From contig NW_021832401.1 of the NCBI RefSeq assembly GCF_006345805.1, forward strand, positions 1 to 61,559: a stretch of 61,559 bases of DNA. The letters are read 5' to 3'. This stretch comes from Octopus sinensis (Eukaryota). Below are positions 41,193 to 52,504 of the stretch, piece by piece (the stretch's first letter is position 1; each line of letters opens with the position of its first letter). The position numbers and the translations under genes were made by a program. The notes below the pieces were generated by a model, which did no database searches, was not told the origin of the DNA, and worked only from the letters and a program-made list of their open reading frames with translations.

Positions 41193-42249
41193 TGTATATT
41201 GTGAGCTGGGTTAGACTACTGTTATATTTAGCAGAAGGGTATCCATTACTGAAAATGACTCTCACAAGATCGAAACCACGGGATATGATGGTCTCTGTGC
41301 TAGGATAGCATATATTAAGTGCAAAGCACACTGAATAGCCAGCTATAGGAAGCGTCCTCCTGGGGTTAAAATAGCAGTATTGTCTGTTCCTACAGAACAC
41401 CCACATTTCTTTTCTTTTTTTTTTTTCCTATTTTGTCTTTTCCTTGTTTCAGTCACTGGATTTTAGTCAAGCGAATTGACCCCTGCACTTATATATTTTG
41501 TTGTAATCCTGGTACTAGTTTTCTTGGTTTCTTTATAGGGGCACAAACAAACCACTACTGGTTGTCAAATTTTGGTAGGGGACAAACACTGGCACACACA
41601 TACACACACACACACACACACATTTATGTGTGTAGAGAGAGATGGAGAGGGACTGATGGATGGATGGATAGATAGATAGATAGATAGGTAGATAGATAGA
41701 TATACATATATAGATAGACAAATGGATATACATATATGTATGTATGTGTATATATGTAGGGCTTCTTTCAGTTTCCATCTACCAAGTCCACTCACAAGGC
41801 TTTTGTTGGTCTGGGGCTATAGTAAAAGGCATTTGCCTAATGTGCTGAGTAGTGAGAGAAAATCCAAGACTGACTGGTCAGGAAGCAAGCATCTTAACCA
41901 TGCTTTTTTTTTTTGTTTTTGTTTATTTACTGTTTGCGGCTGTAATTGGACTATGGTCATTCTGGAAGAACTGCATCAAGGAGTTTTTGACCAATCACTA
42001 CACATTTCAGCTTTTGTTTGTACATTACATCGGCCTAAGTCCCAGCTTGACTCAGGACTGTCGTTGAAGACGCCTTACTCAGAGTGACCAGATCTGAAAC
42101 CTCGAAGTTGAGGAGCACAACAAAATTCTTCACGCTTTAAGACCCACCCCACCAAGGTATTAGTCAAATGGTCAACCTAGTGCTATAGAAAGCACATGCA
42201 TTCTACGACAATATGCCGAACAAAGAGCACTGAAAATTTTATCAATAAT

Positions 42250-42380
42250 GTTGAGTCTGGGGCCGTGTAAAAAGATGAATGGAAGCATAACGTCACCATC
42301 ACTAGTAATCACTCCAAACACCATGATGTTGACTGGATGTTTGATTTTCATTACTCTCGCTACATGTCCTCAGACTGACA
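42250..42380 (-). mobile_element. Tc1/mariner transposase fragment
   Basis: RVMKIKHPVNIMVFGVITSDGDVMLPFIFLHGPRLN, the KHP..MVWG.I...G...P.IF region of the DDE domain. Confidence 0.65.
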
Positions 42381-42480
42381 CCCAAACACTCTGAAATGCT
42401 TGTGGTGGAGCTTCAGATGCAAATGCCAAGAAGTACAGCATGTTGTTTCCAAATTTACATAAAAATACAAACAAAAGATG

Positions 42481-42615
42481 AAAACAGGTGTTTAAATAAA
42501 AAAAAAAGGTGTATTAGTTTAACGCTTAGGAAGGTGAGAAAGTCTTCTACGTTTCGAGCCTACGCTCTTCAAAAAGAAAAAAAAGGAACACGAGAAAATA
42601 AACAGAGAGAGCATT
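42481..42615 (-). mobile_element. Penelope-like terminal-repeat remnant, family of 60985-61162
   Basis: Minus strand GAAGAGCGTAGGCTCGAAACGTAGAAGACTTTCTCAC matches 61044-61080. Confidence 0.55.
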
Positions 42616-42713
42616 TACATACTAGTGACACAAAAGGTATCGGCTGAAGAATCCACTGGACACAATGATCTCCTCTGAGCCGTTGGGTACTGTCAAACGG
42701 TCGTACACATACC

Positions 42714-43163
42714 TATTTCTTTACTACCCACAAGGGGCTAAACACAGAAGGGACAAACAAGGACAGACAATAGGATTAAGTCGATTATATCGACCCCAGT
42801 GCGTAACTGGTACTTATTTAATCGACCCCGAAAGGGCGAAAGGCAAAGTCGACCTCGGCGGAATTTGAACTCAGCTCGTAGCGGCAGACGAAATACCGCT
42901 GAGCATTTCGCCTGGTGTGCTAACGTTTCTTATTTCTTTATTGCCCACAAGGGGCTAAACACAGAGGTGACAAACAAGGACAGACAAATGGATTCAGTCA
43001 ATTACGTCGACCCCAGTGTGTAACTGGTACTTATTTAATCGACCCCGAAAGGATGAAAGGCAAAGTCGACCTCGGCGGAATTTGAACTCAGAACGTAGCG
43101 GCAGACGAAATACCGCTGAGCATTTCGCCCGGTGTGCTAACGTTTCTGCCAGCTCGCCGCCTT
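42714..43163 (-). mobile_element. Family B SINE dimer with a 19-bp target-site duplication
   Basis: Flanks AAACGGTCGTACACATACC (42695-42713) and AAACGGTCATACACATACC (43164-43182). Confidence 0.9.
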
Positions 43164-43840
43164 AAACGGTCATACACATACCAGCATGTAAGATGGATGT
43201 GAAAGAATCTCATCCATATGCACGAGCGTGTGTGTATGTGTGCGTTGTATTGTATTCGAATGAAAAAACTAACGTCTCTGACAATGTTGACCAGCTATCT
43301 AGGGTCACTTTACAACAAGGAACAATAGGGAAAAAACGCATTCGGTTTTAAAAGAACGACACAACAGGGGTGTCATTGTTATGCGAATGAACGGGTCAAT
43401 GACATCAAAAGCATCGCATGTGAACTGATTTAACCTATTTGAGGACAGCAAACGACTTTGTGACTAGCACAGCATGATACGACATGGTTCCGGGTTCAGT
43501 CCTACTACATGGCAGTTTGGGCAAGTGTCTTTTACTGTAATTTTGTGCCTGCCTACAAGGGTCTAAACACAGAGGGGACAAACAAGGAAAGACAAACGTA
43601 GTAAGTCGATTACATCGACCCCAGTGCGTAAGTGGTACTTATTTTATCGACCCTGAAAGGATGAAAGGCAAAGTCGACCTTGGCGGAATTTGAACTCAGC
43701 TCGTAACGGCTGACGAAATACGGCTACGCATTTCGCCCAGCATGGTAACGGTTCTGCCAGCTCGCCGCCTTAATAATAATAATAATAATAATAATAATAT
43801 AATAATAATAATAATATAATAATAATAATAATAATAACAA

Positions 43841-44043
43841 TTTTGGTACCAAGGCCAACAATTTCGGGGTGCGCGCAACTCGATTACATAGACTCCATTA
43901 TTTCACTGGTACTTAATTCATCGACCCCGAACGGCAAAGTCGACCTTGGCGGAATTTGAAGTCAAAAAGAAACGGCGGACGAAATACAGCTACACATTTT
44001 GTCAGGCGCGCTAACAATTCTCCCAGCTCGTCGCCTTATCTGC

Positions 44044-44097
<54 letters not shown>

Positions 44098-44114
44098 TGA
44101 TAATGATGATAATG

Positions 44115-44165
<51 letters not shown>

Positions 44166-44627
44166 GATCAGACAAAAAGGTGTGTTTATTAATTGACATG
44201 AGTATTCCTTACGATCAGAATATAGCGGTGAAAGGATTTGACAAGATCAGTAAATATAAAGACTTGCTAATAGAAATTGAAAAAATGTGGCATCTCAAGG
44301 CAACTATAGTACCAGTGATTGTAGGATCTCTTGGAATGATAAAAAACAAAGGTACTGAAACCTATTTAAAAATGATACCAGACTTACCATCCCTACAGGA
44401 GGTGCAAAAAATCGTGTTAACTGGAACGACTCATGTACTGAGAAGATCATTTATCGCTGTGAAAACAACATCCATTCATGAATTGATTTATTTATTAATT
44501 TGTTAAATACATATTTTACCTGTGAATTTGCGTGTGTAATCTGGGAATGTATACAATGAGCTTCTCTGCCCTAGGTGTACGGAAAACACTCGGCGAGAAA
44601 TGGAAGAAAATTTGAAGAAAGAAGGAA

Positions 44628-44658
<31 letters not shown>

Positions 44659-44861
44659 TTTTGGTACCAAGGCCAACAATTTCGGGGTGCGCGCAACTCG
44701 ATTACATAGACTCCATTATTTCACTGGTACTTAATTCATCGACCCCGAACGGCAAAGTCGACCTTGGCGGAATTTGAAGTCAAAAAGAAACGGCGGACGA
44801 AATACAGCTACACATTTTGTCAGGCGCGCTAACAATTCTCCCAGCTCGTCGCCTTATCTGC

Positions 44862-44915
<54 letters not shown>

Positions 44916-45445
44916 TGATATGATGATAATGATAATAATAATAATAATAATAATAATAATATAATAATAATAATAATAATAGATCAGACAAAAAGGTGTG
45001 TTTATTAATTGACATGAGTATTCCTTACGATCAGAATATAGCGGTGAAAGGATTTGACAAGATCAGTAAATATAAAGACTTGCTAATAGAAATTGAAAAA
45101 ATGTGGCATCTCAAGGCAACTATAGTACCAGTGATTGTAGGATCTCTTGGAATGATAAAAAACAAAGGTACTGAAACCTATTTAAAAATGATACCAGACT
45201 TACCATCCCTACAGGAGGTGCAAAAATCGTGTTAACTGGAACGACTCATGTACTGAGAAGATCATTTATCGCTGTGAAAACAACATCCATTCATGAATTG
45301 ATTTATTTATTAATTTGTTAAATACATATTTTACCTGTGAATTTGCGTGTGTAATCTGGGAATGTATACAATGAGCTTCTCTGCCCTAGGTGTACGGAAA
45401 ACACTCGGCGAGAAATGGAAGAAAATTTGAAGAAAGAAGGAAAAT
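43841..45445. repeat. Tandem duplication, period about 815-818 bp (SINE B + (AAT)n + Dong 3' fragment)
   Basis: Units start at 43841 and 44659 (TTTTGGTACCAAGG) and end at 44630 and 45445; the differences seen are only homopolymer or microsatellite lengths. Confidence 0.9.
44166..44628 (+). mobile_element. R4/Dong-clade LINE 3' fragment in (TAA)n
   Basis: VCLLIDMSIPYDQNIAVKGFDKISKYKDLLIEIEKMWHLKATIVPVIVGSLGMI...QKIVLTGTTHVLRR (KxxKY RLE motif); (AAT)n on both sides. Duplicate at 44982-45443. Confidence 0.85.
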
Positions 45446-45461
45446 AATAATAATAATAATA

Positions 45462-45507
<46 letters not shown>

Positions 45508-45508
<1 letters not shown>

Positions 45509-46471
45509 GAGATCATGAAGAAAAACGATGCTTTCTAATTGATGTATCAATACCAGCAGATGACAACGTATCTCTAAAAGAAATGGAGAAACTTTCAAAA
45601 TACAAAGACCTGGAAATAGAGGTAACTAGAATGTGGAATCTAAAAACAGAAACAATTCCTATCATAGTAGGTGCATTAGGCATGATAAAAAAATATTCAG
45701 ACAAATACATAGAGAATACCAAACGAGTTCCCTATGGATACCGTATTTATTACAACTCGTGGCTTGTAAACGTATCTAACTCGCTTTCGCTCGTTAGATA
45801 CGTTTACAAGCCACGAGTTGTAATAAATACGGTATCCATAGGGAATGAGTTTGGTATTTTATTTATTACACACGAATAAACGACCATATTTAACAAAACC
45901 ATTCACCTTGATATCGACAACAGTAGCCATCTTGTTGATAGATCTACCTGCACTGCAAGAGTATCGACGAGCAGACGAAATATGTTGTGATTTTTTTGGC
46001 AACAAAAAATTGAATTACCACCAGAAATGTTTATATTTTATGTGTATATGACTTTAAGTGATATCGGGTATAAAAAAGATAGTATGTTTGTTTAATTACA
46101 TGGCTACATTCTACCTGCTCGTGAAAGTAATGAATGAAGTTTAGTTGTAACTTATAATGACAAAAGTAGTGCCGTCACCGTGACCTCGGGTCATCACCAT
46201 GGATTGACCAATCAGAAGCAGCGCTCGCAGTATCTGACATATGTTAGATACCAAAAATATCTCAAAGTGTTCTCACTCACATGTGTGTAATAAATAACAA
46301 AAACACTAGGACTTCCAAACACATATAAGATACAGAAAATTGCACTATTAGGCACTGCACACATCCTACGCAGAACACTTTCAATACAGTAACCATCAGA
46401 GCATCACAACAAATCACAGCACATACCCAAGGCACACAGTGAAGTGAAAGCACGCTATAAAAATAAAACTA

Positions 46472-46474
<3 letters not shown>
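45508..46474 (+). mobile_element. R4/Dong-clade LINE 3' fragment (second subfamily), interrupted by an insertion
   Basis: RDHEEKRCFLIDVSIPADDNVSLKEMEKLSKYKDLEIEVTRMWNLKTETIPIIVGALGMIKKYSDKYI | insertion | TKTLGLPNTYKIQKIALLGTAHILRRTLSIQ*; (AAT)n flanks. Confidence 0.85.
45712..46296. mobile_element. Non-autonomous hairpin-bearing DNA element
   Basis: Splits the LINE ORF cleanly with a TA/ATA duplication. Perfect 53-bp inverted repeat 45728-45780/45793-45845, and a 14-bp inverted repeat 45860-45873/46283-46296. Confidence 0.75.
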
Positions 46475-46547
<73 letters not shown>

Positions 46548-46560
46548 TGATGATGATGAT

Positions 46561-47570
46561 GATTCTTCATTAACCATAAAGGTTTACATTAAGAAAAACA
46601 TTATGGATAGCACAGGACAAAACAAAAGAATATATGTGTGTGTATGTGTGAGTGTGTGTTGTTGTGAGGGTTTTGCGTGTAAACAAGAAGAACAAAATTT
46701 TAAAAATCAAAAATGGGTGGTCCTCAATAGAGAGGAGACGTTCGAGGGCTGCTCATAGAAAAACCCCATAAATTAACCATGGGTACTCTGAGTTTTGGGG
46801 CAGGTACCTTTTTTCCATTCCTTTTTTTTTTTTTCCTGTTACAAGCATATGCTCAAGGCAGGCCCGTTCATCTGCACCATTCTCGACACTTTCATCCACC
46901 TTTCAGCAAATAGACTAGAAGACGACACTTCCCTCTCAGCCCTTATTTTCCTTTTCAACTGAAACTTGAAAAAGTTGATCAGGGATTGACCAAAGAGAAA
47001 AATGCAGCTCCTTCGATCTCGTCCACTATACAACCACTTTCGCCATGGCGACCTGGCATATAAACGCAGCCTTTCCTTCTCGGTTAAAGGGAGGCGATGG
47101 GGCCATTTTCACTATGGATTCAGTTGACAGCCGTATCCGTCCCACACGCGACGGCAGGTATTCGACATAAGCCCACAGGTCAGCAATGCTCGCGCACTGG
47201 ACGAGTGCATACAGGACTGTCTTGTCGTCCTGAGCGCACATCGGACATGCTCAGCTGACGCCACTTCCGTGCCTGTAAAGTTTATCTCGAACAGGCAAAG
47301 CTCCCCCACAATGGATTCAGTTGACAGCCGGATCCGTCCCACACGCGACAGCAAGTATTCGACATAAACCCACAGGTCAGCATTGCTCGCTCACAGGACG
47401 AGTGCATGCAAGACTCTCTTGTCGTCCTGAGCGCACATCGGACATGCTCGGCTGACGCCACTTCCGTGCCTGTAAAGTTTATCTCGAACAGGCAAAGCTC
47501 CCCTGTAGCACTGCCAGGCCAGAGATTTTTGGAAGTTATCCATCGGTCCCGGGCCGAAAGTTCTCCAGAA
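46561..47570 (-). mobile_element. Tx1/L1-clade LINE 3' fragment (zf-RVT region and 3' UTR)
   Basis: FWRTFGPGPMDNFQKSLAWQCYRGALPVRDKLYRHGSGVSRACPMCAQDD...VLHALV...FFKFQLKRKIRAEREV...FAERWMKV; internal 197-bp tandem duplication. Confidence 0.8.
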
Positions 47571-47682
47571 AATAATAATAATAAACTTGTGCGTTTGTTT
47601 CCTGTTACACGAATGAGACGGAGATAAAGTCGAAGGCTGTCAACGTGTCACCGACAAGCAGCGAGTGAGTGGGTGGCAGTAT

Positions 47683-48053
47683 TGGAAGCACTCCGTCGGT
47701 TACGACGACGAGGGTTCCGGTTGATCCGAATCAACGGAACAGCCTGCTCATGAAATTAACGTGTAAGTGGCCGAGCACTCCACAGACACGTGTACCCTTA
47801 ACGTAGTTCTCGGGGATATTCAGCGTGACACAGAGAGTGACAAGGCCGGCCCTTTGAAATACAGGTACAACAGAAACAGGAAGTAAGAGTGAGAGAAAGT
47901 TGTGGTGAAAGAGTACAGCAGGGATCACCTGCCGGAGCCTCGTGGAGCTTTAGGTGTTTTCGCTCAATAAACACTCACAACGCCCGGTCTGGGAATCGAA
48001 ACCGCGATCCTATGACCGCGAGTCCGCTGCCCTAACCACTGGGCCATTGCGCC
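47683..48053 (-). mobile_element. tRNA-derived SINE family D
   Basis: Head GGCGCAATGGCCCAGTGGTTAGGGCAGCGGACTCGCGGTCATAGGATCGCGGTTTCGATTCCC with A/B boxes and a tRNA-like fold. Confidence 0.8.
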
Positions 48054-48862
48054 GCCACATTGGGGGGGGGGGCAGTAGGGCAAGTAAAATAAGCGTTAAT
48101 GAAAAAAAGAAGCGTTTGTCATGCTCCTCCGATATTTTCCTTTTATTCTTAATTCTAGTGCAATATATTAAGTGACACAGGAAAAAGAATTTGATATTTA
48201 ATTTCATTTGACACAAGTAATTTAATCACTAGGTCGGTTTTTTTTTCAGTCGAACACCTGGAATACTGGGTTTTGAAGCTGACGCACGATCCGTTTACAT
48301 TTTATTTATTTTCAAATTATTTATATATTTATTTATTTATTCATTACTTAAAGTACACTACAGTCAGTCATTAGTCACAATGGATTGGTATCAGAGAATC
48401 ACAAGCCGACGTAAGTACTCTCTGACCCAGCGAAAAATGCAGGGCATGACGGCTAGAGTGGGGGTGAAGCTTGCACCTGCACACTTTCACATTTGAAAAA
48501 AACTGGTGCATTGTATCCTCCAAATTATAGTGCGTTACCCCGACGAGGAATTGAACTGCAACATCATGTTCATGAGCGGAACACTCTAACCACTTGGCCA
48601 CGTGCCTTTACAATTTTTAGTTCATATTTTTCTCTTTTGTCTTTTATACTTATTTCGCTATGAAGCGAAGGAAGACAACTCGCCCGGACATAATTTTTTA
48701 AGAGGAGTATTTCTTGAACTATCACCAGCGTTCTTGTGTTTTAAAATAAACAACATTTTTTGCAGAGAACGGTTATCGTTTAGAGAAACTGAAGAGATGC
48801 TTAGTCCACGCTAGATATGAAACCAATGTTTTTTTTTCTAAACTATTACGCTACACATGCAA

Positions 48863-48892
<30 letters not shown>

Positions 48893-48893
<1 letters not shown>

Positions 48894-49346
48894 ACAATTG
48901 CAGCGTGGAAGGTGTTTATAAGCCATTTAAGAAACACACAAAAGCCGTTCGATTCACTTCAACATTTAAGTTTAATTTGTCAAAATATTTTCGTCGCTAA
49001 AATCCGCGACCTGTTCACTGTCAAAAATCCGTGCTGCATCTGAGAAAGTAACAGTTAGTTCGTCATATATATGTACGTATGTATGTGTGTATGTATGCAT
49101 ACATGTGTACGTACATGCATACGTACATACACACATGTATGCATACATACACACATACATACGTACATATATATGACGAACTAACTGTTACTTTCTCAGA
49201 TGCAGCACGGATTTTTGACAGTGAACAGGTCGCGGATTTTAGCGACGAAAATATTTTGACAAATTAAACTTAAATGTTGAAGTGAATCGAACGGCTTTTG
49301 TGTGTTTCTTAAATGGCTTATAAACACCTTCCACGCTGCAATTGTT
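48893..49346. repeat. Perfect palindrome: 216-bp arms, 22-nt spacer; Penelope-like terminal repeat
   Basis: 48893-49108 is the exact reverse complement of 49131-49346; the right arm continues to about 49404, then (AT)n. Confidence 0.9.
49214..49263 (+). ncRNA. Putative minimal type-I hammerhead ribozyme, G3:C8 variant (mirror copy 48976-49025, -)
   Basis: Stem I TTTGACA/TGACAAA (1 mismatch), core GTGAACA + extra G, stem II GTCGC/GCGAC, GAAA, palindromic stem III AATATT, cleavage triplet UUU. Confidence 0.5.
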
Positions 49347-49401
49347 TTCGTTTCAGCACATGATCTCAGATCAAATTACTTGCTATGCGAGTACATCTCC
49401 G

Positions 49402-49556
<155 letters not shown>

Positions 49557-51542
49557 AGCTGCATCCTCGATACACGAGAAAAGCCATTGCCAAGAAGACT
49601 TACTGAAAGTAAGATTGTTGCCATGTGATGCCCTTATGTGACTTTTAAGCCTGGCCAAGCTTTTACACATTTTATTACGTACTAGAGGACTGTGCTGGCT
49701 GGCAGGAGAAACAGGTGTCACCATATGCACTCTCTTAACACGTCTTTTTAGATCTTCATCTGAGAGGGATACCCTTCCACATTTTACACAAGTTTTGCTA
49801 TGGATTTTAATAAGCACATCATTGTTTATCATGGGTCAATTTCTATGAGAATTTTGATGGCTCACCAGGCCTGCACGACACAAACACCTCCGCCCACAAA
49901 CCACACACATAAAAAAGCAACACTCTCTCACTTTCCACAGATTCCCCCTTTTTAAGCCCCTCCCAATTCTCTCATACTTCACTCTCTCCCTCTCAAACTT
50001 TGAACAACCATCATGCACTATCTTCCTCCATCCATCATGGTCTTGTACTTCCCTCTCCCAATTACCAGCTGCAATTCCTGTCTGTATTAGAGCATTTTAA
50101 GGCAATCCTTAAACCTTAGTTTAGGCTTATGCACTGGTCTCTTGCCATCTTCCAGTTCACCATACAATAGTTGCTTGGGCATTTGGTATCCTTACCAAAT
50201 GTCCTTACACCTCAAACGTCTTTGCAAAATCATTGATTCTATACTTCTTCTGCCACTCCTCTCAAGCACCTCCACATTACTAATGGCCATTTTCCAATTT
50301 ATGCTCCAAATTTTCCTCAGACAGTATTGATGAAATCGTTTCACTTGCCTTACCTGCCTACGGTAAACAACCCATGTCTCACGTCCATATAGCAAAGATG
50401 GGAGGACGCATGTATTATATAACTTAACTTTAATTTGTGAAGATATGTTGTTTCCACAGACGCCTATCAAGCCTACCAAAAGCACTACTAGCCCTGCTGA
50501 TTCTGTATGAAATTTCATCATCGAGAGCAGCAATGCTCAGGGTACGTCATAAATAAATAAATCTAGGTACAGTCTTCAACCTTTAACCATTCACAATTAT
50601 AAAAAGTTCTTCATACATCTTGGAGGGAGCAGGCTAATTACATTATAACGGCTTTTAATATTGATTGTTAGACCCAATGCTGCACATGATGCAGAAATCG
50701 CATTCGCCATGTGCTGCATATCTTTCTGAGAATGTGCCAACAAGTCACAATTATCTTCATACAGAAACTCAACGAGGTGAGAATGCAGAACTTTCGTATT
50801 GGCACAGAGTATTGTGAGATTGAACAGTTTTCCTGTTGTCCTATACCTTATATAGAACCCTTCAGGGCAATCTTTAAAAGCTATTTGAAAGACTATTGCG
50901 AAATATATAGCAAACGGTGTAGGGGCAGGAATATCACCTTGCTTTACACCATTTTCTACAGAAATTGGATCTGATAAAGTACCTCCAGCATTAACTCTCA
51001 CTTCCATCTTGTCATGAAATTGTCTAAGCATTCTCACAAATTTTTCAAGGCATCCTAGCTTTTTAAGGATCTCCCAATGTGCAATTCTATTGATAGAATC
51101 AAACACTTTTGTTAGGTCAATGAAAACCTGCTATAAGTCCATATACTGTTCGATGCACTTCTCTTGCAACTGTCTAGCCGAAAATATATCCATAGTACTC
51201 CTACTATCCCTAAACCCACATTACGATTCTGGTAGAAGCTCATTAGCAATGTGCAGAAGCAATCTCTCCAGCATTACCTTACAGAGGACCTTTCCCGCAA
51301 CAGCTAACAGACAGATGCCGCGATAATTATCACAGACATCCTTTCCACATTTAGATTTATATAGTATCTCCGGAGTTGCATCACGCCAATCCGGAGGCAC
51401 CTCTTCACTTTGCCAAACCCTCTAAATCAGATCCGTCAACATTGCACAAAGATGATCACCACCATATTTATATATCTCTGCACCTAGTCCATCCATACCA
51501 GGAGCCTTTCCATTGTTTAATTTGCTGATTGCTGATATTTAA
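49557..51542 (-). mobile_element. RTE-clade LINE, 5'-truncated, decayed RT and C-terminus
   Basis: KLNNGKAPGMDG...NYRGICLL...QCGFR...FIDLTKVFDSINR...GVKQGDIPAP...LYEDNCDL...KVKLYNTCVLPSLLYG.ETW...LVSHQNSH; several stops and frameshifts; (AT)n tail. Confidence 0.9.
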
Positions 51543-51933
51543 TATCCTGAAATATGCATATATATTCCGCTTTTGTTCTTTCTTTTACTTGTTCCAATCA
51601 TTTGATTGCGGCCATACTGGAGCACCGCCTTTAGTCGAACAAATCGACCCCAGGACTTATTCTAAGCCCAGTACTCATTCTATCGGTATCCAACATCGGT
51701 TGTCAAGCGATGCGGGGATGGGGGGACAAGCATAGACACACCTACACACACACACACATATATTTACGATGGGCTTCTTTCATTTTCCGTCTACCAAATC
51801 CACTCACAAGCCTTTAGTCGGCCCAAGGCTATAGTAGAAGGCACTTGGCCAAAGTACCACGCAGGGGGACTGAACCCAGAGCCATGTTGTTGAGAAGCAA
51901 GCTTCTTACCACACAGACATTCCTGCGCATATA

Positions 51934-51967
<34 letters not shown>

Positions 51968-52258
51968 AAATTGCGAAAATAATCTGGAACTCGACTGAGG
52001 ATAGAAAACACCAAATGACCTATAAGATGTGTGAGTTCCTGTGTAGCATGCTCTGTTCCTATTACCACTCTATACTCACATAACAATGTGTTCTGGACCA
52101 TACATGTATTGAGTTCTACACCAGATTATTAGTCTCGCTATGCCTAAGCGAAATATTGATGTATGTGTGTGTGTGTATGTATGTGTGTTGTGTGTGTGCG
52201 TGTGTGTGTGTGTGGTCAATTTTAATTAGAATGTCGCGAGGAAAAAGTCGTAAGATAT

Positions 52259-52460
52259 ATTTCATTATTGCCCACAAGGGGCTAAGCATAGAAGGGACAA
52301 ACAATGACAGACAAAGGGATTAAGTCGATTACATCGACCCCAGTGCGTAACTGGTACTTATTTAATCGACCCCGAAAAGATGAAAAGGCAAAGTCGACCT
52401 CGGCGAAATTTGAACTCAGAACGTAGCGGCAGACGAAATACCGCTAAGCATTTCGCCCAG
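52259..52460 (-). mobile_element. SINE family B, 5'-truncated
   Basis: Reverse-complement match including the GGGCAATAATGAAATA tail. Confidence 0.85.
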
Positions 52461-52504
52461 ATAACTATATATCGTAAAAAATCTTAAAACGGATTTTTAA
52501 AAAA

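Noticed and set aside
41225-41325. Protein-like peptide RVSITENDSHKIETTGYDGLCARIAYIKCKAH*
   Set aside because: Short, weak acceptor, no homolog recognised.
47985-48053. Functional tRNA genes (also 58098-58167, 25195-25255)
   Set aside because: They are tRNA-derived SINE heads that continue into SINE bodies and lack complete acceptor stems.
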